Source: Euprymna scolopes
Lineage: Eukaryota
Reading direction: 5' to 3' (one strand)
NCBI GenBank assembly: GCA_053919585.1
Contig: CM132811.1
DNA length: 63,718 nt
The position numbers were made by a program, and so were the translations under genes. Below are positions 11,813-23,662 of the stretch, piece by piece (position 1 is the first letter of the stretch; each line of letters begins with the position of its first letter). Under the pieces are notes generated by a model. It was not told where the DNA came from, ran no database searches, and was given only the letters and a program-made list of their open reading frames with translations.

Positions 11813-12577
11813 AAATTTATATCATAGACAACGCCATTATTTCCGTATTCTTAATAGGTATCAAAAATATTTAATAGAAGCTTGAACCTTTTAAAATTTG
11901 CGTAAATATCGAGCAGCCATCTTTGTTTAGCCAGTTATTAAGGTGAACAAAAAGGCTGCTTTACTCATAATCTGTATCTATGAAATCTTTAAAAGCTTAT
12001 AAATTCTATTAAATGAAAATAAGTGGATTTTTTTACTAATTTTCAACAGTATTTTCTTTTCAAATGATTTATGTCGGCAATGGTAATATTTACCGACTTT
12101 TTTTTTTTTTTAATTTTTCGTTAAACATTTTAAAAATTAAAAACGTATAGTAAATCAATCAATGATCATATTTTGGAAACGATATTAGATGAGTGTGTAA
12201 GATTTATTAAAACACAAGGCCGATAGCCATTCGTCGTGTGCTCTCGTGTAATGAATGAATGTGTGAATGTAGGATTGACATGAAATTCTTAAAGATAAAC
12301 TAAAATGACCGAAAAATGGGCTGAAATGACTTAAATAAATAAAAAGTAAATGACTTAGAATGACTTTAATGAACTTAAGGATGAATTGAATGACCTTAAG
12401 AATTCTTAAAAAATACCTGGAATCCTTCAAAAACAAATTGAATGATCTGGAGAATGACTTGAATGGCTTTGAGACTGACTGGTTGTAAAGTGCGTGATCA
12501 TTTTACATTAAATTAATAGAGAAAAGTGATCCCCCATTTTATATCACAAAGTTACAAACATAAGTACAGCATGCAGT

Positions 12578-12628
12578 AAGAACAGATACTACACTTTGAT
12601 CTTGGCCAAAAGGCCTAGAAAAGGGTAT
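12578..12628 (-). pseudogene. U2 snRNA 5' fragment at the 3' (left) end of the array
   Basis: Minus strand reads ATACCCTTTTCTAGGCCTTTTGGCCAAGATCAAAGTGTAGTATCTGTTCTT, matching the invertebrate U2 5' end (ATCGCTTCTCGGCCTTTTGGCTAAGATCAAAGTGTAGTATCTGTTCTT). The rest of U2 is absent. Confidence 0.9.
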
Positions 12629-15600
12629 TTATTTGTTCCCCCACGGAGAAAATTAGGCACAAGGCCGATTTTTAAAGTGAGTAGTGAAGGGGAAATGGGG
12701 ACCAACTCCCCGGGGAGTAGGGGGAACTGGATAGTGACAATTGGTATGAATGATTGCCCCTACATTGACCAAGGTCTTATATGTGAGGTTTCCCCTACAT
12801 ATGGTCTTTGCTTGCAGTATCTGCCGGAACAGATACTACGGTATTTATTTGCTCCCCCACCGAGCAAATTAGGCACAAGGCCGATTTTTAATGTGAGGAG
12901 TGAAAGGGAAATGGGGACCAACTCCCCTGGGAGTAGGGGAGCTGGATAGTGACAATTGGTATGAAGGGTTGCCCCTACATTGACCAAGGTCTTATCTGTG
13001 GGGTCGCCCCCACATGGGGTCTTTGCTTGCAGTATCTGCCGGAACAGATGGTATTTATTTGCTCCCCCACCGAGCAAATTAGGCACAAGGCCGATTTTTA
13101 ATGTGAGGAGTGAAGGGAGGGGGAAGGGGAAAAGGGGACCAGCTCCCGAGAGGTGGGAAATGGGAGCTGGTTAAAGGTCAGGCATGTGGGGTTGCCCCCA
13201 CATCTGGTCTTTGCTAGTCATAGCTAGTCATAGCTTGCAGTATCTGCCGGAACAGATGGTATTTATTTGCTCCCCCACCGAGCAAATTAGGCACGAGGCC
13301 AATTTTTAATGTGAGGAGTGAAGGGAGGGGGAAGGGAAAAAGGGGACCAGCTCCCGAGAGGTGGGAAATGGGAGCTGGTTAAAGGTCAGGCATGTGGGGT
13401 TGCCCCCACATCTGGTCTTTGCTAGTCATAGCTAGTCATAGCTTGCAGTATCTGCCGGAACAGATGGTATTTATTTGCTCCCCCACCGAGCAAATTAGGC
13501 ACAAGGCCAATTTTTAATGCGAGGAGTGAAGGGAGGGGGAAGGGAAAAAAGGGACCAGCTCCCGAGAGGTGGGAAATGGGAGCTGGTTAAAGGTCAGACA
13601 TGTGGGGTTGCCCCCACATCTGGTCTTTGCAAGTCATAGCTTGCAGCATCTGCCGGAACAGATGGTATTTATTTGCTCCCCCACCGAGCAAATTAGGCAC
13701 AAGGCCGATTTTTAAAGTGAGGAGTGAAGGGAGGGGGAAGGGAAAATGGGGACCAGCTCCCGAGAGGTGGGAAATGGGAACTGGTTAAAGGTCAGGCATG
13801 TGGGGTTGCCCCCACATCTGGTCTTTGCTAGTCATAGCTAGTCATAGCTAGTCATAGCTTGCAGTATCTGCCGGAACAGATACTACACTTTGATGGTATT
13901 TATTTGCTCCCCCACCGAGCAAATTAGGCACAAGGCCGATTTTTAATGTGAGGAGTGAAGGGAGGGGGAAGGGAAAAAGGGGACTAGCTCCCGAGAGGTG
14001 GGAAATGGGAGCTGGTTAATGGTCAGGCATGTGGGGTTGCCCCCACATCTGGTCTTTGCTAGTCATAGCTTGCAGCATCTGCCGGAACAGATGGTATTTA
14101 TTTGCTCCCCCACCGAGCAAATTAGGCACAAGGCCGATTTTTAATGTGAGGAGTGAAGGGAGGGGGAAGGGAAAATGGGGACCAGCTCCCGAGAGGTGGG
14201 AAATGGGAGCTGGTTAAAGGTCAGGCATGTGGGGTTGCCCCCACATCTGGTCTTTGCTAGTCATAGCTAGTCATAGCTAGTCATAGCTTGCAGTATCTGC
14301 CGGAACAGATGGTATTTATTTGCCCCCCCACCGAGCAAATTAGGCACAAGGCTAATTTTTAATGTGAGGAGTGAAGGGAGGGGGAAGGGAAAAAGGGGAC
14401 CAGCTCCCGAGAGGTGGGAAATGGGAGCTGGTTAAAGGTCAGGCATGTGGGGTTGCCCCCACATCTGGTCTTTGCTAGTCATAGCTAGTTCTAGCTAGTC
14501 ATAGCTTGCAGTATCTGCCGGAACAGATGGTATTTATTTGCTCCCCCACTGAGCAAATTAGGCACAAGGCCGTTTTTAATGTGAGGTAAAAACCAGCTCC
14601 CCTAAAAGTAGGCAAAAAGGGGGCACTCTGGTTACCAAAAATAATAATTGTCCCAGTATAGAGGGTTTCCCCTCCATTGACTGGTACAAATTATCTTAAG
14701 TGCAGCATCTGCCGGAACAGATGGTATTTATTTGCTCCCCCACTGAGCAAATTAGGCACAAGGCCGTTTTTAATGTGAGGTAAAAACCAGCTCCCCTAAA
14801 AGTAGGCAAAAAGGGGGCACTCTGGTTACCAAAAATAATAATTGTCCCAGTATAGAGGGTTTCCCCTCCATTGACTGGTACAAATTATCTTAAGTGCAGC
14901 ATCTGCCGGAACAGATGGTATTTATTTGCTCCCCCACTGAGCAAATTAGGCACAAGGCCGTTTTTAATGTGAGGTAAAAACCAGCTCCCCTAAAAGTAGG
15001 CAAACAGGGGGCACTCTGGTTACCAAAAATAATAATGGTCCCAGTATAGAGGGTTTCCCCTCCATTGACTGGTACAAATTATCTTAAGTGCAGCATCTGC
15101 CGGAACAGATGGTATTTATTTGCTCCCCCACTGAGCAAATTAGGCACAAGGCCGTTTTTAATGTGAGGTAAAAACCAGCTCCCTTAAAAGTAGTCAAAAA
15201 GGGGGCACTCTGGTTACCAAAAATAATAATTGTCCCAGTATAGAGGGTTTCCCCTCCATTGACTGGTACAAATTATCTTAAGTGCAGCATCTGCCGGAAC
15301 AGATGGTATTTATTTGCTCCCCCACTGAGCAAATTAGGCACAAGGCCGTTTTTAATGTGAGGTAAAAACCAGCTCCCCTAAAAGTAGGCAAAAAGGGGGC
15401 ACTCTGGTTACCAAAAATAATAATTGTCCCAGTATAGAGGGTTTCCCCTCCATTGACTGGTACAAATTATCTTAAGTGCAGCATCTGCCGGAACAGATGG
15501 TATTTATTTGCTCCCCCACTGAGCAAATTAGGCACAAGGCCGTTTTTAATGTGAGGTAAAAACCAGCTCCCCTAAAAGTAGGCAAAAAGGGGGCACTCTG

Positions 15601-16324
15601 GTTACCAAAAATAATAATTGTCCCAGTATAGAGGGTTTCCCCTCCATTGACTGGTACAAATTATCTTAAGTGCAGCATCTGCCGGAACAGATGGTATTTA
15701 TTTGCTCCCCCACTGAGCAAATTAGGCACAAGGCCGTTTTTAATGTGAGGTAAAAACCAGCTCCCCTAAAAGTAGGCAAAAAGGGGGCACTCTGGTTACC
15801 AAAAATAATAATTGTCCCAGTATAGAGGGTTTCCCCTCCATTGACTGGTACAAATTATCTTAAGTGCCGCATCTGCCGGAACAGATGGTGTTTATTTGCT
15901 CCCCCACTGAGCAAATTAGGCACAAGGCCGTTTTTAATGTGAGGCAAAAACCAGCTCCCCCAAAAGTAGGCAAAAAGGGGGCACTCTGGTTACCAAAAAT
16001 AATAATTGTCCCAGTATAGAGGGTTTCCCCTCCATTGACCGGTACAAACTATCTTAAGTGCAGCATCTGCCGGAACAGATGGTATTTATTTGCTCCCCCA
16101 CCGAGCAAATTAGGCACAAGGCCAATTTTTAATGTGAGGAGTGAAGGGAGGGGGAAGGGAAAGGGGGCATCAACTCCCGAGAGGTGGGAAATGGGAGCTG
16201 ATTAAAGGTCAGGCATGTGGGGTTGCCCCCACATCTGGTCTTTGCTAGTCATAGCTAGTCATAACTTGCAGTATCTGCCGGAACAGATGCTACACTTTGA
16301 TCCCGGCTCAAAATCCAAGAAAGC
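12625..16324 (-). repeat. Tandem array of 18 U2-snRNA-headed short elements (units ~194-243 bp; order on + strand 2xA, 7xB, 8xC, 1xB)
   Basis: Constant block GTATTTATTTGCTCCCCCACYGAGCAAATTAGGCACAAGGCC...TTTTTAATGTGAGG starts at 12625, 12841, 13051, 13259, 13467, 13665, 13896, 14094, 14312, 14530, 14724, 14918, 15112, 15306, 15500, 15694, 15888, 16082. Each unit ends in GCAGYATCTGCCGGAACAGAT, whose GAACAGAT(ACTACACTTTGATC) is the reverse complement of U2 GATCAAAGTGTAGTATCTGTTC. Confidence 0.93.
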
Positions 16325-16335
16325 TTAAAAAGCTA

Positions 16336-16385
16336 AGAACAGCATCTATTAACAACAGACCTTTGATCTTAACCAAAAAGGCCAA
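16336..16385 (-). pseudogene. Second U2 snRNA 5' fragment just upstream of the array
   Basis: Minus strand GGCCTTTTTGGTTAAGATCAAAG...CTGTTCTT. Confidence 0.75.
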
Positions 16386-17676
16386 ACACAAATGTGTTAC
16401 GGACAGACGACAGACCGACCGACGGAACGACGGAGTGACTTATGGAGCCGCTTGCACGCGACTAATAACTTTCCAAATAAATGAAGAAGTAGAAAACTAA
16501 AGATTCTATTAGAATTTGAAAAGTAAAACTAGGTACACGGGTCAGTGTAATGCTATTAGGCGCAATAGATGGATTAGAACCCCGGGTGTCGACAGCGTTA
16601 TTTAAGATCAAAAGTTTGGTTAGTAATGACAAAGTGAAAACATCCCTCTGTCCATCACGTTAGTATGTTGAACGCATAAGCATCAGAAAGGTTTTATTGT
16701 CTGGAAATTACAAACATTGAAAACAGAACTGACATCAAACGACGTAATGACTTTTAATTAAAAAGTTGATTTTTGGCACCTGAAGATAAGAAAATTGTTA
16801 AACAGATCACCCAGGCGCGAAAAAAACAAACAAACAAACAAACAAACAAACACAAACCCGGCAAATAAACAAACACATCAAGAAGAGAGAAGTTTGAGAG
16901 AAGGTAGACTATTCGGGTATGAAGAGATGTGAAATATTTCTATTTGTGAATCTTTCGCTTTTTTCTGAGAGTTATCATGTGTGGGTCATATACTATAAAA
17001 GATTAAAAAATAACCCCGTAAGCATTGTTGAAGTGCAAATAATGCGCTGTCTTTAGTTTTAACTTCTACAAGTGCTGTTATTCAAAAAATAGCCGACTCC
17101 AGTAAGAATAAAGAGACCAATATAAGTGCAACGCCTGGCATTGCTACGTGTCAGCTATACAACAGGACTCTAGCTTTTAAGACAGGCAGAGAAGCCAAGA
17201 AAGGAGAAGTCTCTTTGAAAGGTGAACTATTCGTGGATGAATAGATGTGCAAAGTTCGAAAGTCTGTTTGTTCATTAGTGAAGGAATTTAACGAAAAACA
17301 AATGTAACAAAAAGATTGCCTTGCTGTCTATTCCAAGGAAAGCAACTCCGATGAGAAACGAAAAATCAAATTATATTACCTCCTTTGAACTTAAAACTTC
17401 ATATATAAAATAGTTTAGTAACGTGTAATTTTTTTTGTTTCCAAGGGTGATACGTATACTGAAAAGGAAGAAGAAAAACAAAAACAAAAACAAACACGCA
17501 AGCATTAATAAACCGCACATGATCACGTGTTGTCTTTATGTATAACTTTTAAGAAGGAAACAACAGGAAACAACAGCAACGAGAAGAACGGGATTAACAT
17601 AATTGTGACGCCAAACTGCTACGTGTCATCTATGCAACATGATTCGAACTACCTCTGTTCAGATGATATACTAGAG

Positions 17677-17677
<1 letters not shown>

Positions 17678-17752
<75 letters not shown>
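17678..17752. repeat. Microsatellites; example (CA)n(CT)n
   Basis: Direct inspection. More than 25 other (AT)n, (AAT)n, (CAT)n 41087-41140, (TATC)n 34202-34256, (CTA)n 62345-62398 and (GA)n tracts occur. Confidence 0.95.
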
Positions 17753-17758
<6 letters not shown>

Positions 17759-18994
17759 AATGTCTCAATGTCCCTCTCTTGCGCATTCGTATTTTGACAC
17801 AATCTCTTACACGTGAATGGCTGATATTATTTTTTATCGCAATTTCTAAATTTAAACACATATATGACTCCAGTTCAAAACATCTGGAAACCCTTTTCTG
17901 TTTTTTTTTCTTTCTACTGCAATGAAATAAATTATTATCACCAGGAAGCATTCGGCTATTGCGTACACAATTTACCTTTTAAATTAAAAACAAATTACAG
18001 AGCAATGAATAAATGGTCAAATATTTGGACGATTAATACGTGACAGTTTTTTAAGATCGAACTCGCAGCGTAATGAGTTTAAGATTGGCTTGGAATAATT
18101 TTTTAGAGCCATACCCAAATAATTTAATTGATTACCCGTGCAGACTATTAAGTTACTTGGTTATAGTAAAGATTGTCTGCTGTTTTAGACTTCTGGTTTC
18201 TGTTCCGCAGACGGGACGACGGTGACAAGCAAGAAATGATCATATAAAAATATGTTAAATGTACAGATATTTTCTCAAATGTAAAAAGTACATTTGTAAG
18301 GGAATTATGTATACATTTTAGTTTTACTGGTAGTTTAAAATCAATAACGTTTATTATTTTATCATTAATATCAGTGATAGAAAATTTTGTTTTAAACAAA
18401 ACGAAATTAAAAAATAAAAAAAGACAATTCAAAGAATCGTTTTTGGCACTAGAAAACAGGCACAAAGTTTTCCGATTTCGATACCGATTGCGATACCCCG
18501 AACAGTTCCGATTTTTTCGATTTCTGATTCCCTGTAATTGTTCCAACACTTGAGATATATCATTTCTTTAACATAGAAATTAATTTCAACTCTATATAAT
18601 GTATTATACTTTTTACGCTAATATTTTCACGACTAATTTCACTAAAAAGAGAATTTATTTATCCGCAAAGCTAGAGATAAACAAAGATCATCACAAAGTG
18701 AAAAATAAAACTAATAAAGAATAGGGGCTTGTGTCTCAAAAGAAGGACCACTTGATACAGGCATCGTTTTAGACCGCTTGACCAACGGGTCAGTACGTTA
18801 AGACGAAGCCGATTCCCGATTCGAATTCTGATTTCAATCCTGTACGAATTTCATTTTTTACTGTGGCGTTCTTTATTTATCCACGGCCCCGCGGATAAAT
18901 AAAGTATATTGTTTACTGAAATAACTCGTAAATTTAAATACATTTTGAATGAACATTTTTAGATAGATATACCTCCATTTCAATTTCTCAGCGC

Positions 18995-19550
18995 GATATC
19001 TGGGCAGGAGCTGCTAAAAACAGTCTATCCTGCCTTGACAGAGTACAAAATAGACTTCGTGGCTTGGTGGGGGATGACCTTTTCTCTTCCCTGCAACCTC
19101 TCTCCCACAGAAGAGACGTTGCGAGCCTGTCTCTGCTTTATCGTTATTGCCATGGAAAGTGCTCGTCTGAGCTCCATTCTCTGCCCCTTCCCGCCAATCT
19201 TTCATGAAAAATACCCGACTAGCTGAAACCACTGTCAATAATTTTCCCCACTCCTTATCTGTGCCTAAATCAAAACGTAGATTCCATGAACAAAGCTTCT
19301 TTCTCAGAATTGCACGGCTGTGGAACTCTCTGCTGCTTGCCTGTTCCCCCCCCCGAATTCAACTTGGATGTCTTCAAGTCCAATACAAACAAATTCCTGA
19401 TGAATCGCCCCTTTAAGTAATGACACCTATCAAATCCCCAATACTAACTATTACTACGATACTATTCCACTGATTAGTGTACACACAATAACGCTTATCC
19501 CCGAGTGGCTCCTGGGCCTTGATAAGCGGTGACCCCCATGTAAAAAAAAA
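18995..19550 (+). mobile_element. 3' fragment of the same LINE family
   Basis: FPHSLSVPKSKRRFHEQSFFLR motif; ends CCTTGATAAGCGGTGACCCCCATGT-A-run. Confidence 0.85.
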
Positions 19551-20685
19551 ACAAAACATGACTACACCACGAGTATTGTTTCAATCTATCAGCGTATTTG
19601 CATACATAGTTTAACATAATAACGGCTAGCATTTGTACGTTCATTATTATGATCTATACTTCTTTCAGATCTTACGTGCTACAGCTTGAGTAAGTGTTCA
19701 TACCAGTCGGGGATACGTCCTCGACAATCAGTTCAACAATGGTTTTGGCGTGTTTCTGTTCAATCCTAGGAAGTCTACCTTCCCAGGCTTTATCTTCTCT
19801 CTGAGAAAAGGGTTATTTTTATTGCTAATCACGTGGAGCAGCTCAACCCAGGAATGTCAACCGGGCTGCTCAGACATTCTTGTAGGATAGAGTGCGCTAA
19901 ACCTAGTGCGCTGGTGTTTTTAAAAACCACACCTGTGTCTAACACGCGTTGGGATGAGGTAAATAAATGTTTTTCTCAGATGAGTTTATTTTTCAACTTT
20001 TTATAATTTTACTTATTAAAACAAATACGCACATTTATTTGTTCGTTATATATCTACGATAACTCCTTTCTTACACACACGCAGTTTAATTATAAACTTA
20101 GATCTGAACACAGACACGCGTGTGCTAACGTGCGCAGCCCCCCTCTCTCTCTCTGTCTTATTTGATGTCTCAATGTCCCTCTCTTGCGCATTCGTACTTT
20201 GACACAATCTTTTACACGTGAATGGCTGATATTATTTTTTATCGCAATTTCTAAATTTAAACACATATATGACTCCAGTTCAAAACTTCCGGAAACCCTT
20301 TTCTTTCTTTCTTTCTTTCTTTCTTTCTCCAACGCAGTAAATTAAAAATAATAATATAAAAATTGCTTCGCAATTTCTCTCGCTTCTGTTTGTATATAGC
20401 CCCCCTCCTGCTTTCTCACCACCGGATGCATTCTTTTTCATTTTATCGGGGTCCTTTCCTATTTTCACTATACTCATTTTGCGATATGCTTTCGTTAAGA
20501 TAATACCAAGTTTGGCTTTTGCTTGTCTTAGGAAGGAACCTAATCTTAGCAAAGTCATATGAGTTAAATAAAGTCTAACTTCACAGAAACACTTATTTTA
20601 AGTCATTGCGAATAATGAAAAGTATTTATTACTAGCTGAAGTACCCGGCGTTGCCAGGTTGTATATGATATATTTGAATATTTTA

Positions 20686-20903
20686 TGCTTCGGGCCAAGA
20701 TCAAAGTGTAGTACCTGTTCTGATGCTACACTTAAGAATATTTGTCTCGGTCGATGGAAGGAAAACCCTCTATACTGAGATAATTATTATTTTTTGTCCC
20801 TACCAGAGTGCCCCTTTTGCCTTCTTTTCGGGGTGCTGGTTTAACCCCACATTAAAAACGACATTGTGTCACATTTTGCTTTTGTGGGGAAGCAAATAAA
20901 AAC
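20686..20903 (+). mobile_element. Dispersed U2-headed element monomer, type C-like
   Basis: CCAAGATCAAAGTGTAGTACCTGTTCTGATGCTACACTTAAG...CCCTCTATACTGAGATAATTATTATTTTT...ACCAGAGTGCCCCTTTTGCC...CACATTAAAAACG...GCAAATAAA is colinear with the reverse complement of array type C units. Confidence 0.88.
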
Positions 20904-21503
20904 TCGTAAATTAAATAAAACACAAATTCAAAATGGTGAATACATCTTTTTTCTGCTTTTTTTTTATTAAAATTATATTCACGGAAATTAACTATTCTAC
21001 TGTAAGCGAGGAGTCGTTTTAAAAATAATGGCCAACAGAACTGAGAATTTGACCTTTGTCGTTCAAGATTTCCTTAAAAGTACGAACCGTGTTCGTCTTC
21101 GGTCGTGATGGATTTCATTCATTCATGCATTACAATGAATTTTGAACTTTGTTACGAAAACCGCAAAAAAGTGAGGAAAGGAATTTTACTCAAAATCTAA
21201 TGATTATTATTTATTAGTTACGAAAAATTCTATTTTGCATGAAAATTAACGTCTATTTGGAGTTATAATTGCCTTAAAATTATTTGGATGCAGTAAATGC
21301 TTCAGGAAAACTTTCTAAAAAAAAAAAACAAACAACAAAATAGAATCACGAACACGCATGCGCAAATTTGTAAAAAAAATTTTATCAGAGAAATAAACCT
21401 GCATTTTATATTGTCATAATGTTCTATGTAAGAAAACTTTATCTGAAAAATTAAAAGTAATAAAAACACGCGCATTCGGAAAAAATTGCAGTTTTCTTTT
21501 TAG

Positions 21504-21552
<49 letters not shown>

Positions 21553-22255
21553 CTAGGTATGTTTTCGTAAGTGTAATGTAATATCTGAAAAAAAAAAAAC
21601 CGCACGCATTCGGAACGCTAGAATTTTTGGTACTTGTTCAGTGTACGAATTATGCTGAAATAATAATGGTATTATTTAGAAAGCCATTCTTAACATGAGG
21701 AGGGTTTTTTTCAAATATTTTGCCCTTTCACCTAACAATTTAATTAAAAAGAAATATATCATATAAATTTAATCCTATCTGAAATGTAACACTGTAAAAA
21801 CACCGAATATTTATTAATAAATACATTTATTAATAATTGTTAATCTAATCGTTCAAAGAATAATAATAAAAAAGATATATAGGTATGCCTTCGTATATTT
21901 GAATTAATGTCTGCAATGCTTATTTTTATAAAAATAACGAAAAACGCATTCGGAAGCGTTAGAATTTTTGATTTGAAAGTAATATTTGTCTAATCGATAA
22001 ATGAATAAAAAAGATATATAGGTTTTTATTTGTATTTACAAATTCAAAACCACGAGTAGAAATTATATATTATTTTTAATTCTTTATTCATTAATACAAT
22101 ATACAAAAGGAGTTGGTGTCATCAGCGCATAAAAACAAAATGTCAGCTAGTGGAAATAGACATTTTGCATGTAAATTTGCTGATGTCTGTATGTCGATAT
22201 ACATGCATGTAAACAAAGATATTATTCGCTATAAACCATCCTTGGTGCATGAATA

Positions 22256-23152
22256 TTTTTTTTTACAAGGAGATCACCACTATCAAGGCCCGGATGCCAC
22301 TCAGGGATAAGGGTTATTACATGTACAGTACGTTGTACGTTAGTGTTGAGATTTCATAAAGTGTCTGCTAAAGGGGGCGGTTCATCAGGAATTTGTTTAC
22401 ATTGGATTTGAAGACATTCAAGTTGTAGTCAGGTGAAAAGCAGGCAGACGGAACAGAGTTCCACTGGCATGCTGTTCTAAGAAAGAAGCTGTGTTCATGA
22501 AATCTACGTTTTGATTTGGGCACAGATAGAGAGTGGGGAAAATGTTTGACAGTGGCTTCAACTAGATGGGTGTTTTTCGTGTAAGATTGGCGTGGGGGGA
22601 CCAGAGATTGGAGCTCAGACGAGCACTTGCCATGGAAATAACGGTAAAACAAAGACAGGCTCGCAACGTCTCTTCTGTGGCAGAGAGGTTTCAGGGAAGA
22701 GAAAAGGGCATCCCCCACTAAGCCACGAAGTCTATTTTGTACGCTGTCAAGGCAGGATAGGCTATTTTTAGCAACTACTGGCCAGATATGGCAGCAGTAT
22801 CCCATCATTGGACGTACTTGGTTTTTATATAGATAGAGAATTGCATCAGCAGATAGATATCTTCTGGAGCGGTAGAAGGATCCCACCATCTTTCCAGCGA
22901 CCCTGGCAACAGACTTTATGTACGTGTTCCATTTCATATAAGGAGTAAAGGTCAAGCCCAGAAGTTTGTCAAAACATTGAGCTTCTCCTAGAGGAGAGCC
23001 ATCCATTACAATTGATGCCAGATGGGGATCAGAGCGTTGATGGTGTAAATATAGGAGCTTAGTTTTAGGTGCATTAAAGGTAACCAGCCACGTCTTCCCC
23101 CACTGAACTACACGCTCGAGATCAGAGGAGAGAGAATCAGAGAGAACTTTGT
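22256..23152 (-). mobile_element. 3' part of the same LINE family
   Basis: The 212-aa ORF 22368-23006 aligns with the 60224-60875 ORFs; shared 3' UTR ending CCTTGATAGTGGTGATCTCCTTGTAAAA. Confidence 0.9.
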
Positions 23153-23597
23153 CATTATTATTTCCTGAGAATTTTAGTGTTATGTGACAAATAGTTTAAG
23201 AGATTACCTGCTAGATGTGTACACACATCCATACATATATTGTTTTATTTATATAGATAAGTAATTATTTAAAGTTCACTTTAAGGAAAAGCAATTTATA
23301 TGGGAAATACGAAAAGCGTCTAGCTAAAGCAATATTCATTCTTCTTGATTGAACATTCTACGGGGGGCTGATTGTGTTACAATAAAATAATGTGGATATA
23401 TTTCCCCTTTTTTATCTCATAGCTATCTAAGTGGTCGTGGGGGCAACCGTATCCGACAACGGATTCGAATCTTTCCGCCAATGGTAACGTTTTATCTATC
23501 TACAATGATGATACAAAGCCAACCGTCGACCAGCAATTTACTTTAAAAAAATATTCGTTTGAAACTATAATTATCTCTGTCTCTCTCTCTGTTTTTC

Positions 23598-23662
<65 letters not shown>

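Larger units (their letters stand above)
12209..16468 (-). mobile_element. Non-autonomous Helentron/DINE-1(HINE)-like element enclosing the U2 array
   Basis: Minus-strand 5' end TTAGTCGCGTGCAAGCGGCT followed by a (GTCY)n-like microsatellite (GTCGGTCGGTCTGTCGTCTGTCC). The 3' end has the complementary subterminal repeat GCACACGAC, then a short stem-loop GGCTATCGGCC and TTGTGTTTT. This is the DINE-1/HINE layout with central tandem repeats. Confidence 0.6.

Noticed and set aside
12596-14217. Repeated short ORFs (…PPPSKLGTRPIF…)
   Set aside because: They are translations of the tandem repeat, interrupted by stops, with no protein-family signature.
14640-14700. Group II intron domain V or HDV/twister ribozyme within the array unit
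   Set aside because: A GAAA-capped stem is present but there is no AGC/CGC triad or 3' AY bulge, and I could not build a nested double pseudoknot by eye. It needs a covariance-model search.
12625-16324. CRISPR array
   Set aside because: The constant part (~75-80 bp) and interiors (>110 bp) are too long, the interiors are repeated and mutually related, there are no cas genes, and the context is eukaryotic.
12578-16385. Functional U2 snRNA gene cluster
   Set aside because: U2 identity stops at about nt 45-50, most units lack the first ~37 nt, and stems IIa-IV are not recognisable.
17750-20330. ~170-bp duplication (17750-17920 / 20150-20320) and ~150-bp duplication (44715-44865 / 45390-45540)
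   Set aside because: Real, but they look like ordinary fragments of dispersed repeats with no diagnostic ends.
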